This document shows positions 11,113 through 20,265 of a stretch of DNA of 64,000 bases, in pieces; position 1 is the stretch's first letter; the number at the start of each line of letters is the position of its first letter. This DNA is from Nanobdellota archaeon. Its GTDB lineage: Archaea > Nanobdellota > Nanobdellia > Parvarchaeales > Parvarchaeaceae. The position numbers and the translations under genes are program-made. Location of the stretch: positions 98,856-162,855 of the forward strand of contig JAJYWD010000001.1 in the NCBI GenBank assembly GCA_021791655.1, in the 5' to 3' direction. The notes under the pieces are model-generated. The model searched no databases, was not told where the DNA came from, and saw only the letters and a list, made by a program, of their open reading frames with translations.

Positions 11113-12028
11113 CTTTTCTGAACGCAGCCGCCAGTTTGTCTGGATCATGCTGATAGGGCACAGTCTCGTCTATCAAATCAGCGTTCATGGCATCCTCCTT
11201 CTTGAGGTCGTTTTCAATGAAGCCGTATAGTTTACCATATTTGCCCTGTGCGATAGTATCTACTTTGCGAGGTACCTTTGAATTTACTATGATTGTGTTG
11301 AAAGAGACCCCGTAACGTTCGAATAGGCCAATAAAGTCGGAAGCTCTGTAATCCTCAGTCTCATTAATCTTATTCATGATGTTAAGTACAAGGACCTTCT
11401 TTGCTCTGCTCTTTATTATTGCTTCCTTCATACCTCCTACCAGCATGTTCGGTAGCACGGAAGAATAAACATCTCCTGGACCGAACACTATTGTATCGGC
11501 GCTTACTACCGCTTTTTTGGCGTCACGACTGATATTCTCTTTCGCTTCTAGCGCGATGCCCTTCACTTTAATGTCCTCTAAGCTGTCAAGATTATGTTCA
11601 CCTACTATCCTTTCAGATGTCATAGTCATTACAACAAGGTTCGTTTTTGAATATACATTATCTGTAACCGGGATTACCTCTACGCGTTCTGGTAGTTGCA
11701 GTGTAGCTCTAACCGTTGCCATATACGCTTTACCATATTCATTGATAGCAGACAGTAGGAACAAGTTGCCCAAACTGTGCGAAACACCTCCCAATTCGAC
11801 CCTTTTGCTTAAAACCTCAACCATGCTTCTGTTCTGCGAAGCGGCTAGCAGATGATCCCTTATGTCACCAAGTGCGTAAACACCAAATTCCTTTCTCAGG
11901 ATTCCGGTGGACCCTCCAGAGTCAAACACGGTTACTATACTGCTTATTTCTATGTCATTTATTCTCAGCAGTGCTGAAAGGGAAGTCTTCGCTCCGCCCC
12001 CTCCGATTATGCAGACTCTCTTTACCAT
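11105..12028 (-). CDS. yvcK: YvcK/GlmR (CofD-like, UPF0052) uridine-diphosphosugar-binding protein
   Basis: IIGGGG, VTVFDSGGSTGILR, GDIR, HSLGNL, FGPGDVYSSVLPN and HDPDKLA. ATG at 12028 preferred. Confidence 0.88.
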   Translation of the reverse strand: MVKRVCIIGGGGAKTSLSALLRINDIEISSIVTVFDSGGSTGILRKEFGVYALGDIRDHLLAASQNRSMVEVLSKRVELGGVSHSLGNLFLLSAINEYGKAYMATVRATLQLPERVEVIPVTDNVYSKTNLVVMTMTSERIVGEHNLDSLEDIKVKGIALEAKENISRDAKKAVVSADTIVFGPGDVYSSVLPNMLVGGMKEAIIKSRAKKVLVLNIMNKINETEDYRASDFIGLFERYGVSFNTIIVNSKVPRKVDTIAQGKYGKLYGFIENDLKKEDAMNADLIDETVPYQHDPDKLAAAFRKVI

Positions 12029-12047
12029 ATAGTTGTGATGCAAGTCG

Positions 12048-13277
12048 TTAGCCTAACTTCTTTATCTCATTTACCGCTTTGGAATAAACCAGGTGTTTTG
12101 ATTCTATAGTTCCTATGAGCTGGGTGTTCGCACCCACTACGCACGAGTTTCCTATGAGCGTGCCGGGCATTGTGGAAGCATTTATTCCTGTGTGCACATC
12201 GTCCCCCATAACGAAGCCGAAGCTTGTACGCTTTGTATCGACCTTTTTGCCCCTTAGAATGATATTTATCGTCTTCCGATCGACTCTCCTATTGGCACTT
12301 ATAAAGTTTGCACCTACTCTGCAATTCTCCCCTATAACGCTGTCGCCTATAAAGCCGGAATGTACGTGTGTATTTCTGCCTATTATGCTTCTTGCCACTT
12401 CTGTGTTGAAGCCGATTTTCGAACCCTCCTCAAGAAAACTGTCTCTAACAAGACAATTGTCTCCTATGACAACGCAGCAGCCGATGAACGTGTTACCCTT
12501 TATAGAAACGTTATTGCCTATTTTTACATCATCCGACATCACAACGCTTTTGTCTATAAAGACATTGCTTCCGCTTTCCGCATTTCGTTTGTAGTTGCTA
12601 AGTGTTCCAAATATTTTGTCTTTATATACCAATAAGTCATGAACGTACTTTAAAGTTGGTGTATCTTTTTCGTATTCCACATAGCTGAGGGTTCCGCTCT
12701 TTGCATACCCGTTCAGGATCCTCTCGAATACGTATTCGTCGCCTTCCTTGTCTTTTTCTATATCGGTGAATATCCTGGCGCTTAATTTATACACACCTAT
12801 TACAGAGTGCGTTGCGCCCTTGTACAACTGCTTTTCCCTTATCTCTGTGACCGAACCGTTGCTTACGGCTGCTATACCTTTAGATTCCTCGTCCCCGTCA
12901 CGGTACTTTCTTACGACTACCGCGGGTGCATTTTTGCCGGACAGCTCTTCGATTATATCTTTTACCCAAAAGTGGTGAGGGAGCATAAGTATAAAATCGC
13001 CTTTTAGAACGCTCTTTGCGGAGACTAGGGCGTCGTACATGCCCTTTGGTTCCATTTGTGTTACTATAGTTACATTGTTAAATGCGCGCAGCGTTTCCTT
13101 AGCTGCGCTGTTTTCCTTCGTCACGACGATTATGTTGCTGCTCTGTGGGAGGTTTTTTATCGTGTGCTCAAGTATCGTATTGCCACCGACTATGAATTCT
13201 GACTTGTGTTTTCTTTCGGAGAACGGCCAGAAGCGCGAAGATGCGCCTCCTGCCAATATAACTATGTTCATAGGCAT
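12048..13277 (-). CDS. glmU: Bifunctional sugar-1-phosphate nucleotidylyltransferase/acetyltransferase (archaeal GlmU type)
   Basis: ILAGGASSRFWP N-terminus plus a left-handed beta-helix of hexapeptide repeats (GDSVIGENCRVGAN, GDDVHTGIN). Confidence 0.85.
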   Translation of the reverse strand: MPMNIVILAGGASSRFWPFSERKHKSEFIVGGNTILEHTIKNLPQSSNIIVVTKENSAAKETLRAFNNVTIVTQMEPKGMYDALVSAKSVLKGDFILMLPHHFWVKDIIEELSGKNAPAVVVRKYRDGDEESKGIAAVSNGSVTEIREKQLYKGATHSVIGVYKLSARIFTDIEKDKEGDEYVFERILNGYAKSGTLSYVEYEKDTPTLKYVHDLLVYKDKIFGTLSNYKRNAESGSNVFIDKSVVMSDDVKIGNNVSIKGNTFIGCCVVIGDNCLVRDSFLEEGSKIGFNTEVARSIIGRNTHVHSGFIGDSVIGENCRVGANFISANRRVDRKTINIILRGKKVDTKRTSFGFVMGDDVHTGINASTMPGTLIGNSCVVGANTQLIGTIESKHLVYSKAVNEIKKLG

Positions 13278-13357
13278 ATTCAGAAGCCAACGAATATAAG
13301 TGCTTTAACACGATTACTGCGGAATTTGACCCGGAATTACGACGTACTCTATAAATT

Positions 13358-13377
13358 ATAAAAATTACAATTTTTAT
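13358..13377. repeat. Inverted repeat in the divergent glmU/prkA promoter region
   Basis: ATAAAAATT-AC-AATTTTTAT, perfect 9-bp arms in an AT-rich intergenic region. Confidence 0.45.
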
Positions 13378-13484
13378 TATATCTAACCTGTAAATTTATT
13401 TTTGTTAAAGCTATTTAAATAAGTTAGTGTCTTAGTTTCTTATTCAAAAGTATTCCGAGACTTTTGATATTGGAGGGTTTGAAT

Positions 13485-15683
13485 ATGGGTAAGGGGTCAA
13501 TGAAGCTTGACGAATTTTTGGCTTTGAGCGAAAAGCAGACCACTGCGTTGTTTAACGCACCGCAGAGGCTTTTTGCGTCCATCCTTAGATATGGCAAGAA
13601 AGACGGTAAGTGGCAATTTATATATCGTCAACAGGATGAAGACAGATCTGTCAATACTCTTTATGGATTAGATGATGCTGCAGATGAGTTTGTTACTCAA
13701 CTCACGAGAGCAACCCAAAACACTGCAGAAAGAAGCAAGGTTACAATAGCGGTAGGCCCCGCCGGCTCTGGAAAGAATGAGTTCATAAAGACGCTAGAAG
13801 AGACCCTTAAGAGCTACTCCAGGACGGAAGAAGGCACGCTGTACAAGGTGAGAGTTTATCTAGACCGCTTAGACGATCCGGAATTCGGCGAGTTCTTTGA
13901 AACCAAAGCACAGCAGAAGAAATTTGTATCTAACCTAAGAAGCAAATTCGGTGAGATGGATAATGTATTACTGTCGCTTGGCAACAACATACAGACTGTC
14001 TTGTATCTATTCCTGAAGCGTGAGGACAATAAGAAAGTCCCGACAAAGATAGAAGAAACGGTAGGCAGAGTAAACACGTCTACTACTGAATACTGGAAAA
14101 GAATAAATATAGACAAGGATGCCGACAGCTCCACTGTTGATTTCGTGAAAAGCTCTATGCTGTCTTCTCTTGAGAGCACGATAAAGGACAGTGACAGGAT
14201 GTACGAGTTCTTGGAGAAGGTCATAACCATAGAAAAAGCCGATGGGCAGAACGCCATAGCTGCGTCCAGACCCCCGGTCTCTCCTAGCAACAAAGACCTT
14301 GATTTTCAGGCCATATTCGGGGGCAAGCTCGACTATAGTGCTCTTAGGAAGCTTGGCGGAAACAACTCCAGCGCAATAGCATTCAACTATGGTATTGCGG
14401 GTGGACAGAGCCTACCTTCTCCGAGCGGTGGCTTACTTGTTTTGAGTGAGATGCTTAAGGCGGACAGCTCTTTCATAAACACATCTCTTGACTTTATACA
14501 GGATCGCAGGGTGACTTTCCCTCCGGCTTTCAAGGAGTCGTTTGATGTCGTGACGCTAGGTTCTGGTAACTTAGATGAGCTTCCAACGCTTCAGGCGAAA
14601 GTAAAATCTTACCTGATGAGTAGGTTGAATGTGATAGCGTTCCCTTACCCGACAAAAAAGACGGACATAAAGAAGGACCTAGAAAATATATACGGTGCAG
14701 CAAAATTGGAGCTGGACACGCACTATTCGCCCAGATTCCTTGATATGTTGTCGCGCGTTATTGTCGAGGCCGCCATAGCAGACTATCCTAACATACCGCT
14801 TAAGGTAAACGCAGATATGCACAACGGAGCGCCTGCACCGGAAGAGATAAAAGTCAACCTGGATGAAATATTAAGGGTTGCGAATTCGAAACCCATACTC
14901 GAGAGAACGGAAGGCATGAAACTAGGATTGCCGCACCGTGAGATAAGCAGCTCTCCTGACTCGTTCTCGAGATACTCTAGAACAATACTTGAGAAGAGGA
15001 AAGATAAACTTCCGTATAAGCCGTGCCTTGATGAGGTGTTCAGCGACAACACCGCGCATGTGCTTGAAGACTTCTTGAACGCACTCGGAGATGTGACTCC
15101 CGAGACCGCCGCGCGCCTGAGAACTAAGATAGATCCTTCGCAGGGCGAGAGCGGGAATATAATAGTCCAGGACGCATTTGAGGACTACAAAAGACTCATG
15201 ACATCGGATGTTATGGGTGCGTACGCCGGCAGTGAAGCCATAAAGAATAGACTTTCCAACTACGTTAGGCAGGTCTTCTACCTTCAGAAGGGCATGGATA
15301 AATACATTGACGACGATGGCCGAAGCAAGCCTATCAGCGAAGAATCGATAATAGAGCTTGAAAAGGGGGCCAAAGTCAAGAGCAATGCAATAAGGAGCTC
15401 TATTTACACCGTCGTAAACGTGGGCCTTCAGACTACGAATAAGGAAAGCGGGCTAACGCAGGACCTCATAAATAACGCGATAAGTTTCGTGCTCGACTCT
15501 TATCCCCTTATACAATATGCTGCAGTGGAGTCTATAAGACCGAAGTCGGGAGTGGTAATGAAGGACGAGCATAACGTCGTCATAAACCGCCTGAAGGAAA
15601 AAGGATACTGTGACAGGTGTGCAAGAATCGCTATAAACTTATCTGAGCAATATCAGGTTCGCAGCAAGCCCAAAGAGCAATGA
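13485..15683 (+). CDS. PrkA/YeaG-family AAA+ ATPase, copy 1 (diverged)
   Basis: Walker A GPAGSGKN, Walker-B region LLVLSEMLK, SRLNVIAFPY and C-terminal GYCDRCA. GGAGG upstream of ATG 13485. Confidence 0.8.
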   Translation: MGKGSMKLDEFLALSEKQTTALFNAPQRLFASILRYGKKDGKWQFIYRQQDEDRSVNTLYGLDDAADEFVTQLTRATQNTAERSKVTIAVGPAGSGKNEFIKTLEETLKSYSRTEEGTLYKVRVYLDRLDDPEFGEFFETKAQQKKFVSNLRSKFGEMDNVLLSLGNNIQTVLYLFLKREDNKKVPTKIEETVGRVNTSTTEYWKRINIDKDADSSTVDFVKSSMLSSLESTIKDSDRMYEFLEKVITIEKADGQNAIAASRPPVSPSNKDLDFQAIFGGKLDYSALRKLGGNNSSAIAFNYGIAGGQSLPSPSGGLLVLSEMLKADSSFINTSLDFIQDRRVTFPPAFKESFDVVTLGSGNLDELPTLQAKVKSYLMSRLNVIAFPYPTKKTDIKKDLENIYGAAKLELDTHYSPRFLDMLSRVIVEAAIADYPNIPLKVNADMHNGAPAPEEIKVNLDEILRVANSKPILERTEGMKLGLPHREISSSPDSFSRYSRTILEKRKDKLPYKPCLDEVFSDNTAHVLEDFLNALGDVTPETAARLRTKIDPSQGESGNIIVQDAFEDYKRLMTSDVMGAYAGSEAIKNRLSNYVRQVFYLQKGMDKYIDDDGRSKPISEESIIELEKGAKVKSNAIRSSIYTVVNVGLQTTNKESGLTQDLINNAISFVLDSYPLIQYAAVESIRPKSGVVMKDEHNVVINRLKEKGYCDRCARIAINLSEQYQVRSKPKEQ

Positions 15684-17666
15684 GTGACCTCTGATATGGT
15701 TTTGCAGAAGAGGAGAACGCTGGATTTAGAAGATGTTCTAAAAAATCCAAGCGATGATAAGAACGTAAGTGAGTTGATTAGGAATGGTCTTTCCGTAGAC
15801 CATCTGGACATAACTATACGCGGTCTGCGCGAAGTGAAGAAGAACTTCGTAGAAGCCATATCAAAGGCGGAATTCATTTCTAAACAGGGCTACATACCCA
15901 TGATATTGCTGATTGGCCCGACCAGTAGCGGTAAGACGGTTATCGCCGAAACTTTAAGAGGGTTTTACTACACAAAACTGCAGGAAAACGCTTCTGTGTA
16001 CACACTTAGTATAAACAATAAAGTGTGCCCATACAAAGAAAGCCCTTACGATATTTTCAGATCGATGTTACCGTTCGATATAGAAGAAGTGGGGCTTAGC
16101 CAGCTGGATCGTAGTATACCTAGTGACGAGGGGGTTGCCGATATCAAGACTTACTCCGTACCGGAAGAGCAAAAGATAGGCATACCGGTTACCAGAAAAG
16201 GGCCGGAGCTGTGTGCTACGTGCAGGCATAATCTGGAGGACGCAATAAGAGAACGCAGAGAGGCTGACAAGGCAGGACAAGACACCAAGGAGAATAAAAC
16301 GAATATAGGCATAGTGGAAGCGTTCCCGCAAACTGCAACGGTCCAACTTAATGATGAGAAGCTACCAGACAAGTTCTATCAGATAATAACGAATGCGAAC
16401 AGAGGTTTCCTTCTTATAGGCGCAGACAAGAGCAGACTCAGTTCGATAAATCCTAGAACCTATCAGTTTTTGGTGGGTCTTTACGATAATACTCTATCGG
16501 ACCAGAACGGTAACAGGGTTCCACTTGACATGCTGGTTATAATAAATGCTAACGAGGACTTTTTTGCAGTGGGCGAGCACAAGAAGGAATTAGAGATCGA
16601 ATCCGCGACACCGTTGAAAGAAAGAATGATAATGGTAAAAGTCAGAAGAAACCTTTCGTACTCTGAAGAGGAGAAGATGTACCGGGATGCAAAGATACCT
16701 ATATCCAAAATGTTTCCAAGGGGACTCAAGTATCTCGCGATGACAAGCATCCTTTCAAGGATAGGTGAATCGGTGCTGTCCAGCGAAAGTGCTAGAGAAA
16801 ATTCGCTACTAAATGAGTTCAACAGAAATGTGTACGGGCGTGGCTCATCTTCTGACTCAGAAAGCAGAAATAATGACCAAATAGAGACAGTATTGACGGC
16901 CCTGAATCTTTATGACAGCGGTACGCTAAACAGGAGTAAAATAACCAAGCGACTTTCACAGCTCATAGGTAGCGGTGATTTGTATGAACAGATAGAGAGT
17001 TTGATATTTGAGGACGGGGAGTACAACAGCGGCTGGGATGAGGGCATCTCCTCGCGCTTTGTGATGAACCAGCTTACAACTAGAAAAACCGGCGAGTTTA
17101 ACTTCTCCGATTTGTACGCCTTTATGGAGGAAAACGGAGATAGCGGTTTATCCAGTAAGAAAGCTGAATTTATACGAAATGCATTGCGGGCCGATATCCG
17201 CTCGGATATAGACAAATCCCTGCTTTCATTTCTTTTCAAGACAATCGATCCTGACACGAGGAAATACGTCTCAATGCTGGAAAGAAGACTGGATTATATA
17301 GAACACGAAAAGGATCCCAATTCCAAAAAATTTGAGGACCCTGAAGATAACCTTGGTACGTTGTCGCGATTTATTGATACAGACGCGTTAAGAGGCTACA
17401 TTAATCAGTACAAAGAGATGAACGCGCCGATTGAGACATCGTTCAGCACAAATTTCGACTCTTTGCTCACGTTCGTATACAAGCGGCAGAAATCTTCTCT
17501 GCTGAAGAATTACGAGCTGATAACACGCGACCTTTTCGACAAGAACTCTGAAATGCACAAGTACATCAAGAAAGACCTAATAGACAATCATGGATACTGG
17601 GAAGAATCGTTCAAGGAAGCACTATCAATATATAAGAGTGGAGGTCTGGACGAGTATGACCAGTGA
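15684..17666 (+). CDS. PrkA/YeaG-family AAA+ ATPase, copy 2 (diverged)
   Basis: Walker A GPTSSGKT, CPYKESP, ANRG, LKERMIMVKVRRNLSYSEEEKMY, GISSRF and C-terminal HGYWEES. GTG start abuts the previous stop; alternative ATG at 15696. Confidence 0.8.
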   Translation: MTSDMVLQKRRTLDLEDVLKNPSDDKNVSELIRNGLSVDHLDITIRGLREVKKNFVEAISKAEFISKQGYIPMILLIGPTSSGKTVIAETLRGFYYTKLQENASVYTLSINNKVCPYKESPYDIFRSMLPFDIEEVGLSQLDRSIPSDEGVADIKTYSVPEEQKIGIPVTRKGPELCATCRHNLEDAIRERREADKAGQDTKENKTNIGIVEAFPQTATVQLNDEKLPDKFYQIITNANRGFLLIGADKSRLSSINPRTYQFLVGLYDNTLSDQNGNRVPLDMLVIINANEDFFAVGEHKKELEIESATPLKERMIMVKVRRNLSYSEEEKMYRDAKIPISKMFPRGLKYLAMTSILSRIGESVLSSESARENSLLNEFNRNVYGRGSSSDSESRNNDQIETVLTALNLYDSGTLNRSKITKRLSQLIGSGDLYEQIESLIFEDGEYNSGWDEGISSRFVMNQLTTRKTGEFNFSDLYAFMEENGDSGLSSKKAEFIRNALRADIRSDIDKSLLSFLFKTIDPDTRKYVSMLERRLDYIEHEKDPNSKKFEDPEDNLGTLSRFIDTDALRGYINQYKEMNAPIETSFSTNFDSLLTFVYKRQKSSLLKNYELITRDLFDKNSEMHKYIKKDLIDNHGYWEESFKEALSIYKSGGLDEYDQ

Positions 17667-18690
17667 AATAGGCGACGCCGGAGAAAAATACCGTGACAAG
17701 ATACGAGATGAGGACGACCTAGATGTTAGCTGGCAGGATCTGTATGACATTGTAAACGGAAAACCGGTTTATAGGAGCGTACCGGTCAAGTCAAACCCTA
17801 ACATAACGTTCGGCTCTGACACGTACGGCAACGGAGGTTCTGGTTCCGGTAATGGCGGGGGCCGGGGGGACAGCGGATGGACTGTTCTTGATCGCAGTGA
17901 TATTCTAGGCGTGGAAAAGAACTGGGGCATTAAGTTCACCAAGCGCGGTAAAAAAGAGAAAGTAACACTGGAGTTCTTGGTGGGTAAGAGAGGTTATCAG
18001 GAGAATCAGGACGAGACTCTGAAAGCGATGCTTGAGCGCCAGATAGCGACCGGCGAATACGATAAAAAAGGTTTTCACATAGACGTTCAGGAGGATGATG
18101 TAAGATACAACACCGTCGAAGAGAAAGCAAATCCCGAAGAGAGCGCACACTTCATAATAGTGCGGGATGTCAGCGGTTCTATGAGTACCACAGAAGAGCT
18201 CTCGTATAAGGCCGCCCTTTACATAGCTATAGGCTTGCAAGAAATGTACAAGGATAAGGTAACGCGCGTGTACGTAAGGCATGAGGATAGCGCCGAGGAG
18301 GTAAGCGAAGAGGACTTCTTTAAGACCGGCCCGGGTGGCGGCACTGCGTTCGGCCCGGCTTATAGGACCGTTCTTGCCATGCTTGAGGGAACAGAGTACA
18401 CCACGAAACTTAATTACCCTAGGAAGATAGATCACGAAGCCGAAGACGTTTACGTTCTGCACATAAGTGACGGTGGAAACTGGGGGGAACAGGACACCAG
18501 CGAGGCGGTGGACGCACTCGGAAAGATATTACCGAAGGTAACGCGATTCATGTACATGCAGATAGGCAATGAAAGCAATTTCGCAAACACTATGCGAGGC
18601 ATAACCAATGAAAAATTGAAAGTTATAACTACTGACAATGAACCGAGCATAGAGAATGTTAAAAAGGCGGTGACCGCACTGTTTAATTGA
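17656..18690 (+). CDS. DUF444 (YeaH/YhbH) family protein with VWA domain
   Basis: Gly-rich GNGGSGSGNGGGRG segment, EDDVRY, MIDAS DVSGSMS, GGTAFGPAY and HISDGGNW. GGAGG at 17640-17644. Confidence 0.85.
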   Translation: MTSEIGDAGEKYRDKIRDEDDLDVSWQDLYDIVNGKPVYRSVPVKSNPNITFGSDTYGNGGSGSGNGGGRGDSGWTVLDRSDILGVEKNWGIKFTKRGKKEKVTLEFLVGKRGYQENQDETLKAMLERQIATGEYDKKGFHIDVQEDDVRYNTVEEKANPEESAHFIIVRDVSGSMSTTEELSYKAALYIAIGLQEMYKDKVTRVYVRHEDSAEEVSEEDFFKTGPGGGTAFGPAYRTVLAMLEGTEYTTKLNYPRKIDHEAEDVYVLHISDGGNWGEQDTSEAVDALGKILPKVTRFMYMQIGNESNFANTMRGITNEKLKVITTDNEPSIENVKKAVTALFN

Positions 18691-18691
18691 C

Positions 18692-20263
18692 ATGGAAAAA
18701 GAATTGCCAGACATTATAGTAAAGGATGGTTCGCTTGAGGACGAGCGCTACACTAAGATTGCGCGGGATATCGCTGGTTTCGCCCTCAACAAGCTTAATC
18801 TATCATTCGGTAACGTTGAGTTTCGCCTGGTCGACAACGATACAATGGCAGAGCAGATGGCGCTTTATTCGGATCCCCTGCCAACCTGGTACACCGGCCA
18901 GGAATACGTTATGTCTAGACGTTCCTTGTTAGGTGTGCACTCCAGTCTTTACGAGATGGTGGGCCATACACAGTATAAGGCTTTGAACGATAAGGTGTAT
19001 ACGGTGGTTTACCTGAACAAAAACGACGAAGAGCACGAGATACGCGGCGTAATCGCCCACGTTTACGGGCACCTTCATGCCAACGCTAATAATTTCATAT
19101 GCAAGCAGTACTCGCAGGACCTCGGTCAACACGCAGCTTACAGAAGGAGATATAGGGCCCTTGAAGAGCTGGTGGGCAGGAAGGAGGTAGAGCGCGTTTT
19201 TGACTTGGGACAGACTTTGTCATCCCTAGTGGACCTGTACCCGGATTTCAGGGTAAAAAAAGAAGACAAGTATTACTCCAAAGACGAGAAGCTGCCAGAT
19301 AAGGACGAGTACGATGTATTCGGTTTCCTCATGAAGACCACACCAATGAGAGAGTGGGAGCGTGAGACACTTGAGATGGTGCGCGACATATACGCGCCAA
19401 TACGAGAAGTGAGAGTCCACATAATGCACGAAGGCTTCGCTACTTTCGTACAGGAAAAATACGCTTTGGAAGCAGCAAAGACCGACCCGGTAATGAGCAT
19501 GAAGATGGAGAAGCTAATCTATGACATAGCAACTCCGCTGAGCGAGGGACAATTGCCATACGCGATGGGGTTCAGATTGTTCAAAGACATAGAAAATCGA
19601 TGGAACAAGGGCAAACACGGCATAGAGTTTGAACTTCTTCCGGAAGAAGAGAAGAAAAATTTTGACAGTCACGAAAATAAGGGTCTTGAGAAGATATTGG
19701 AAGTTATGAAGTTCGGCACAGACTGGGACTTCCTGTTTTCATTCGCCGATGAAACTTTTATAAATAGTTATGTTAAGGAGGCTGTAGAGGAGGCAGAGGG
19801 CTACATGAGAAGAGAGATGGCCGGGGAGTATACTCCCGATCAGATAGAGGGTATACTGCCGTCCCAGCTTGAAATGTACAGGGAAAGCATGGACCCCGAT
19901 GAACTAAGATTTGAGCTCCTTCACCAGACGGAGAGTTATATGCCAACTCTTTACATACCGCGTGGCGGCGCCAACTATAAGGACGGTGTACTGATTAAGG
20001 AAGACCTCTCAGTGCTTGAGAGATACGTAACAGAAACAGACAGGGAAAAGCGCAAAGAGGAATTGGAGGAAATAAAATCCGGATTCGCGCCGTTCCTTAC
20101 ATTGAACAATGAGACCACCTATAAGGCGGTGAACAGGATTTCGAAATGGATTAATAAGCCAGTTTACCTAAAGACAATCGATGAAGATGGGTCTGACATA
20201 ACGATTTTTAGCAATGGCGAAGACGTGGACTTTGAATACGATGATGACGACGATTCCCACTAA
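18692..20263 (+). CDS. SpoVR (YcgB) family protein
   Basis: LYEMV, VIAHVYGH, IMHEGFATF, PYAMGFRLFKDIENRW and TDWDFL motifs; acidic tail. Confidence 0.85.
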   Translation: MEKELPDIIVKDGSLEDERYTKIARDIAGFALNKLNLSFGNVEFRLVDNDTMAEQMALYSDPLPTWYTGQEYVMSRRSLLGVHSSLYEMVGHTQYKALNDKVYTVVYLNKNDEEHEIRGVIAHVYGHLHANANNFICKQYSQDLGQHAAYRRRYRALEELVGRKEVERVFDLGQTLSSLVDLYPDFRVKKEDKYYSKDEKLPDKDEYDVFGFLMKTTPMREWERETLEMVRDIYAPIREVRVHIMHEGFATFVQEKYALEAAKTDPVMSMKMEKLIYDIATPLSEGQLPYAMGFRLFKDIENRWNKGKHGIEFELLPEEEKKNFDSHENKGLEKILEVMKFGTDWDFLFSFADETFINSYVKEAVEEAEGYMRREMAGEYTPDQIEGILPSQLEMYRESMDPDELRFELLHQTESYMPTLYIPRGGANYKDGVLIKEDLSVLERYVTETDREKRKEELEEIKSGFAPFLTLNNETTYKAVNRISKWINKPVYLKTIDEDGSDITIFSNGEDVDFEYDDDDDSH

Positions 20264-20265
20264 AC

